Source: Octopus sinensis | Lineage: Eukaryota | Reading direction: 5' to 3' | Assembly (NCBI RefSeq): GCF_006345805.1 | Contig: NC_043015.1 | Location: 7,812,001 to 7,876,000, forward strand | DNA: 64,000 nt | In this document: positions 56,477 to 64,000 of the stretch, one piece after another | Numbering within the stretch: position 1 is the stretch's first letter | Layout: each line of letters starts with the position of its first letter | Position numbers and translations under genes: made by a program | Notes under the pieces: generated by a model | Database searches by the model: none | The model's input: only the letters and a program-made list of their open reading frames with translations | Told to the model about the DNA's origin: nothing

Positions 56477-57038
56477 TATGTACATATATATATACATATA
56501 TATATAGTATAATATTACATAGATACTTATATATATGTATGTATGTATGATTATATATAAATATATATATAAGTATATATATATACATGATAATATACAT
56601 ACATGATATATATATATATATTTATATATATAATATATATATATAAGTATATATATATACATGAATATATACATACATGATATATTTATATATTTATATA
56701 TATATATATATATATAAGTATATATATATACATGAATTATATACATACATGATATATATATATATATTTATATATATATATATATATAATATACGTATAT
56801 AATACATGATATATATACATACATGATATATATATATATATATTATTTATATAATATATATATATATAAGTATATATATACATGATATATATACATACAT
56901 GAGATATATATATATATATTTATTATATATATATATATAAGTTATATAACATGATATATATACATACATGATATATATATATATATTTTATACTATTATA
57001 TATATAAGTATATATATACATGATATTATATACATACA

Positions 57039-57075
<37 letters not shown>

Positions 57076-57240
57076 TAATATTATACATGATATATATACA
57101 TACGTGATATTATATATATATATATTATATATATATATATATAAGTATATATATACTGATATATATCATACATGATATATATATATATATTTATATATAT
57201 CTATATATAAGTATATATATACATGATTATATATACTACA

Positions 57241-57290
<50 letters not shown>

Positions 57291-57405
57291 TATATATATT
57301 ATAGTATATACATGATATATATAATACATGATATATAGTATATATATTTATATATATATATATATATAAGTATATATATAATGATATAATACATAATGAT
57401 ATATA

Positions 57406-57438
<33 letters not shown>

Positions 57439-57535
57439 ATAGATATATTATAAGTATATATATACATGATATATATACATACATGATATATATATATATA
57501 TATATATAATTATATATATATATTATATCATTAAC
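56415..57535. repeat. ~1.1-kb higher-order AT-rich satellite
   Basis: Recurring unit of about (ta)n-taag-(ta)n-catgatatatatacatacatga-(ta)n, with many single-base indels. Confidence 0.9.
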
Positions 57536-58735
57536 CACATATACTTGACGTATATGCTCCGTATATTTGCTGGCGAGCTGCTTTATATATATATATAATT
57601 AGACATGCATATATGATTGATAGGAAGAAGTTAATTTCATTAACGTTATCGTGGGAGTTGTTAGGTGTGACATTAAGTAAGTCACTTGTCTATAGACGGA
57701 AGAAAATGAAACGTGCAGAACATCACACCTGCCACTGAATTATCCTGACAGAATCGAACCTGAACAGGGTGGAACTCTATTGCTTTTCTGTATATTTCAG
57801 TTTGCGTTGACACGCCCGCATACACACAAGCATGCGCGCACGTACACACAGAGACTCTGAGAGAAAATGCTTAAAATCACAAAGAGCATCAGTAGCCGAA
57901 CAAGAACTCGTAGGAATGGTGGAGGAATTGCTAATATAGTATTTTTGTGTCTGTGAACGACATCAGTATCTTGGATATATTATTCCCAAACCTTCGGTCA
58001 TCTACGAGATGTAGAATAGAAAAGCAATGGTGCCACACTGACGAACCAAACATTTAATAATACAGCGATGAGTACATCACCTGCGCTAAAATAAATGTAT
58101 ATCCCTCTCGGGAAAATATAACGTTTAATGAACGCGATTATTATGCCGGTGATTATCATATTTTATTTTTAAATACAGTCGATGCTGTTACTGCCATTGT
58201 TACAATGATTGATTACAGTTGATAACGAAACAGCTATTTTGTTTTTGCCTTTGGTCAGGAAGTGTTATTTCCAATTTGCTTCTATCTAGAAATCAAAGCA
58301 AATGATTAACATTCCTTTAAACTTTGCTTTGGAGACCTTGACATCGATGTTTGAAACTGACCTATCTTTGTTTTATTATATCTCAGACCGAGTCAGTTAC
58401 TGAAGCAGAAGTATCTTTATAGTAAATATCTTGCTCAATACCACTAATATTTTCGTCATTTGCTTGCCCTAAACCAGTTGAGAATGGCTCTTTGTGGCTG
58501 ACAATATGTGCGTCACTGATGATGAGCAGGAGTAATGGAGGAGCATCATAGCCATGTGTTGAGAGGCTTTCTTTCGTGTTTGAATAAACATAACAAAAGC
58601 AATAAGTGATAGAAATATTAGTTATTTTTCATACTTTCAAGCGTAAGAAAATACCAAATAATTTCTACGCAAAGACAACAATTGTGTTACACTGTATTAT
58701 TTGATACGAAACGAAACAGGGAAGCATACCTTGTA

Positions 58736-58773
<38 letters not shown>

Positions 58774-61349
58774 TTTCACGTTAAATATTTAAAAATAATT
58801 TTAAATAATTTTAAAATTCAGTCTGATTGTCCATTGCACACATCGAAAGAAATTTTGCAAAATATTGGTTTCTAATACTCACTTGTAATTTTGGTGAATG
58901 AGAATGTTTATTCCTATTAAGCTTAAATATATCAGACTGTTGGACTTTTATTTTTATTGTAAATGAAACGAAAATAATTGATGTGGGTCTGCAAGTTAAC
59001 GAAGAGCAAATATAGAAAATATGTTATCTAACAAATGGCATATAGAATATAAAATAGTAAAAAGCACAAAGTATTTTATCTCAATTATTTATCGTTTGGT
59101 GTCAAAGATTTCGTCGTACCAATAGCAATGTCTGCAAATGGTTTGAGGCGATACTTGATGGTCAGCATATCTACGTACAGCCCAATCGTACTAGTTGTCA
59201 TCGTATGGATTTTGGTTGTAATTTAAAAAACTCAGACGCCTAGCTGTACTGACAAACAAGCTTTATCTGTATCCAGATGAATGACCAGGTAACACTAAAT
59301 ACGGCAAAATCATTGATGCCAAATAACAAATATCTAAACGAGAGGAATGTTTTATTCAGTTAATGTTTTTAGCTTCAATACAAGGTCTTAAATCAAATTA
59401 CTTGTCTGGCAATTATATATCCGAAAATGTTATGCAACGTTTTATCAATCATGAAGCTCGGTGTCTTTCCATATATATGTTTATAGAATTAAGAAATGAC
59501 TTTAAACTGGGGCCTTGGATGGTTGATTATCTCACAATCTTCATGGGTACTTCTCATATCACCAGTGAGAAACAAGTGTAGACGTCGGTGCATTTAAAAC
59601 AAAGAACGTAGGCGCATCACAAAAGGCCGAAAGAATGTACTCCAATTGTTTGCTATTTATTCATATTCATTGCTTTCGCAATATATTGTTTGTCGCCAGG
59701 GTCTTACTGAGACACATAGCTGTACGAAACAGCAATATGTTTCTACTCACTTCTAACTATATAAAGTCTTCCTTTCGATTTATGAAATGCATTTAGCAGT
59801 TTTATCTACGAATTATAAATATTTAGAAATATTTTTCTCCAATAAACTATTTCAGCAAAATATATGATAACATTTATTTACTGTGATAATATATACGTAC
59901 GAATACATATATCACATGAGTGAATGTTTGTGTGTAATGGCTGTACTTGTAAACAGATAAGCACTTAGTAAGCAGATATAATTCCTCTTCACTCTTGCAT
60001 TAAAATTTAACGAGAATATCCAGGTAAGTGGCAATTTGCTAGTCATTTACGACAACTCAGTATTACATTTAATAAATAAAGTGTACGAATGATCCGTCGA
60101 CAATAAAAAGATACAAATTCAAACTTTTATCTCCCTATAGTTTTAGTCTGTAATTGGCAACTAAATGTGTGAATTATTCAGAAATATTATTGAGTCTGTT
60201 AAGCACGAACACTTTTTGAATTGGCAGGTTAAATTAAAATTATATTGCTATCTCAATATGTTTTTTATATGAACGAACTCTGCATTTAAAATATCACTGC
60301 TGTATAATTTCCAAATTTTCTACATCCGAATTCAAGTGATCTTCTTGAAAATCTCTTGTATATGTTATATCAAATTTAACAGCAGTACTAACTATTGAAA
60401 ATATGTACAGCTTCATGCAATTTCCAGAGATGTTTCTCAAAGCAGCTGTAATATATGGTGTTTCAAAGTTTTACTTTACTTTTTAATACTTAAAATAAAA
60501 GCATCGTTACTATTTATATGTATGTCTAATACCATATCGTTCTGATTTACATAAATATATATCATGTGCTTCGGTGAGATTAAGCTGATCGATTGATATC
60601 TAGACACATTAAAACACTGAGTATCTCATCTTTTAGAAAGCACAATGCACAATAATTTCTCGGTTCACTGGCTGCAGTGGTGCTTGCGAAAGATTTTCCG
60701 TTCTTTTAGTAGGTCGCACGATAGCTTAAATGTTTCGGCTTTGATGATATAAATCACACAGACCTATAATCAAAAACCCCATCAAGCTGTAATCACGTTG
60801 CCTTACATCAACATACAAGAAATACCGGATCACATTGTAGAAAGGGGTCGTATTTTAAAACGGTTTAAGGTGATTTCCTCGAGATATTGGCTGACATTTC
60901 TTACAACTTGTGCAACCTCTTATGTATAGAATTATAATTTTTTAGTGAAAGACCTGTATTCGGGTGCTTCCAGCTTTAAACTTACTTCAACAGTTGCAGT
61001 CGACTCAAAAACTTGGCTTCCTAAGGTAGTAAGTGGATCACATAATATCGAAGGACAAACCCAGGCAAAAACTTATTTAGCCTGAGCCATATAGATGATC
61101 ATTAACATGCTATTCGAAGGTATTATATTCTATCTTAGTATTATCCTTTTTATATATTTTATTTAATAACATATGTAGATTCCAGAATAGAACACAAAGT
61201 ATGAAGTTTAGGATATGGCTATAGCCAGTTAAGCAGAATCAAGGTATAAGCTATACTTGAATGGGACCTTGTTTTATTGCTCCAGCTATGTTGAAACAAT
61301 AAGTAACGATACTCAACATGTTTAATCTGAAGTGCCTATTAATTTTTCA

Positions 61350-61412
<63 letters not shown>

Positions 61413-61463
61413 TTTTTGCATTTGGTTTGCAAGATTCTTTATATGAACTCGTGCGTTGAAGCT

Positions 61464-61606
61464 TATTCTATTGTGTCTGGGAAGAGTCATTTTCTTTCTG
61501 TGCCTTATAATATAACACATTCACCGGTAAAATTTCCACTTTTTTCTTATTTTTATTTTCCTAAAATTTTCGTTGCGTCTTGCAACATTTTCAATAGTTT
61601 TGACTC
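61464..61606 (+). repeat. Dispersed repeat family C
   Basis: tattctattgtgtctgggaagagtcattttctttctgtgccttataat...caccggtaaaatttccact...cgttgcgtcttgcaacattttcaat. An inverted copy lies at 25564-25695. Confidence 0.9.
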
Positions 61607-63361
61607 TATATATATACCCCTTCATAATAAACATATACACAAACAGATGAACATTACATACATAAAACACACATACGCACATATACATATATTCATTTTA
61701 GTTTTAAATGTCTCGGCGAAACCTTGAGGTTATAGCTTAAAATTATCGTCACGTTCACGTATTTAGAAAATAATTACTCGGTTTTAATTTATGTGAATTG
61801 TACTTATCTTCTATTAATGTTTGATGTTCATCTTGTATCTTTGTAAAGTTTTGATTTAAGCTCATACTGTGTGTTTATTAAGAGATATTATATAAATAGT
61901 TCGCTAAAAAAGTTGTATTATAAAATAACAATGTGAATCACTAAATGCCGAAGAGTATATAATTGCGTTTTATACATTTAATTCAAATCTGATCCGGCTG
62001 ACATTGTCTTTTATTCCTGCAGGCAAGATAAAAAGATTACGAACAATCTATTGGATCAATTTTTATCGAATTCTCCTTACAACCAATAAAATTTTGGCAT
62101 AGTGCCACAATTTAAAAAAAAAAACAATGTTTTGAAGATACTATATATATATATATATGGTTGAAATCTATTTTAGATACGACCGCTAATAAAGTTTTTT
62201 TTTTCGGGATTTAAGAAAGTAATTCATTGAGAATTCTCATGGAACATTGCCATTAAGTGTTCGATACTGTTGTTTTCTAACCGGTAAACAATTTTGAGGT
62301 GTCTTACATCGCATTGAATGTACTGGAAGTCAATCGGAAGTAAAAATTTCGTAAATTTTTGTGGAACAATTCAAATGCTCAATAGGCTTCAATGTTTTCG
62401 TGGAACACGGCAGCAGTCTCGATTCAAAAGAGGTTTGTCGGGCGTGCTCAGTACATTTTTTATCAACGTTCATTTACAAGTCAACCTGATTGACCGAGGA
62501 GGAAGTTGCAGTTTTCTCTGTAAAGACGATATTTCTGGATTTACGCTTTTTTAATGATAGATTTTGTTATATATATCCCCTTCAATTAATAGTGGCATTC
62601 TTATTACTTTCCATGCCATGCAATGCTTTATTTTGTCAAACCGTTGATGACCTCCTATTAAGACTTTCAGGTGATGGTTCGGTCACATGGTAGAAAAGAA
62701 TATGACTTTTTCTCTAGGTTGTAAAATATTCTGAAGCACACTTTAATTAATCCTAGGCTATTTTAATGGTTATTACCAACCATAAATAGAAGTAAAGACT
62801 TCGTCAATGATCCACCTTAACGATCAGTATTCATGTATTCGAAATTTCTAGTCGTGAAATTAAGAAGTAACAGACAGTGTGTCGTTCAGACGCGTGTAGC
62901 ATAAAAACTAATATCTTAAGCCAATTAAGGCAGATGATACAAGATGCAGGGGAAGAGCACGCAGAATCGGTCATTGAACTGGTATATAATTTATGCATCT
63001 TCGAAATTCCAAAGGAAAACATGAACTCGCAGATATGAATTCAGACATTGAAAACCTTGACAAAGCAGTACATCAATGCTATAACAAATAGGTAAATACT
63101 CATGTATAATTAATATTCTCCCTGACAAATTTACATAAAGCACAACACACTGTCTTAATATTGAAAAAAACAATTGAATATACTCTAATATAGATAAAAT
63201 AATGCTAGAGTTGAGACACGCCTCTCCTTGACGGAAGGTTTCATAATTGGCATAATATATCTACATACATGCATGCATACATCCATACAAACATATACAC
63301 ACATATACAAATACATACGTATGTGTTTGTATATATCTATATCTATATCTATCTATCTATC

Positions 63362-63394
<33 letters not shown>

Positions 63395-63512
63395 TATACT
63401 GTATGTACACGCTGACATGTATGTACATATATATACATATGAGTTTGAATATATATATATATATACTGTATATACTCGCTGACATGTATGTACATATATA
63501 TACATATGAGTT

Positions 63513-63548
<36 letters not shown>

Positions 63549-63551
<3 letters not shown>

Positions 63552-63714
63552 GCTGACATATGACCAACGTTGAACCCCTTATTCACATAATCACCGAAAC
63601 TGGAACTTAACCGCGGTCCATCTATAGCACTTATTCAGCATTACCTGACACCTGTGGGTTGCAATGACACCATTACCTCTCATAGCATCTATGTACATAT
63701 ATTCACATATATAT

Positions 63715-63748
<34 letters not shown>

Positions 63749-63918
63749 ATATATATCTATATACACGCTGACATATGACCAACGTTGAACCCCTTATTCA
63801 CATAATCACCGAAACTGGAACTTAACCGCGGTCCATCTATAGCACTTATTCAGCATTACCTGACACCTGTGGGTTGCAATGACACCATTACCTCTCATAG
63901 CATCTATGTACATATATT

Positions 63919-63925
<7 letters not shown>
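63549..63925 (+). repeat. Identical ~160-bp tandem duplication (period 215 bp)
   Basis: 63549-63710 and 63764-63925 read identically (cacgctgacatatgaccaacgttgaaccc...gtacatatattcacatat) and are separated by (TA)n. Confidence 0.92.
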
Positions 63926-63959
<34 letters not shown>

Positions 63960-63961
<2 letters not shown>

Positions 63962-64000
63962 TAGCTGAAGGTGACCCGCTCTACGCGCGGGTAAGAGTGT
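63960..64000 (+). mobile_element. Probable Helitron/Helentron-type terminus, cut by the window edge
   Basis: (TA)n then A|CTAGCTGAAGGTG followed by the GC-rich hairpin ACCCGC-tctacgc-GCGGGT (63974-63992). This resembles the ACTAG...CCCG..CGGG termini of non-autonomous rolling-circle elements. Confidence 0.45.

Noticed and set aside
58150-58640. Segment that recalls an octopus MITE-like repeat
   Set aside because: No terminal inverted repeats or second copy visible, recognition from memory only.
62874-63090. Protein-looking stretch (NILSQLRQMIQDAGEEHAESVIELVYNL)
   Set aside because: Short, stop-bounded, with a weak acceptor and no recognised homology.

Overview
AT-rich, microsatellite-saturated eukaryotic non-coding DNA with no host protein-coding exon I can support. 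It is either intergenic or part of a large intron. The dispersed tRNA-derived SINE families match octopus SINEs as I recall them, so the source is most likely Octopus (from memory, not a database search). The window holds many copies of two SINE families and a third dispersed repeat. It also holds three decayed autonomous transposons: a Tx1/L1-clade LINE (14.1-15.2 kb, minus), an R4/Dong-type RLE LINE (20.4-21.65 kb, plus) and a mariner transposase with one TIR (26.8-27.8 kb, minus). A probable Helitron-type end sits at the right edge. The most interesting signal is three distinct short element families carrying minimal type I hammerhead ribozyme (HHR) motifs of the Penelope-like/retrozyme kind. 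(i) A near-perfect ~155-bp-arm palindrome at 49.7-50.0 kb carries two core-intact HHRs pointing outward. (ii) A tRNA-headed HHR element at 7.6-8.0 kb has an inverted partial duplicate. (iii) A ~200-bp element, present three times at (TA)n tracts, has an HHR-like motif with U at the normally invariant A6. Nearly all ORFs in the supplied track are microsatellite artefacts or fragments of these TEs. Boundaries of degenerate repeats are approximate.
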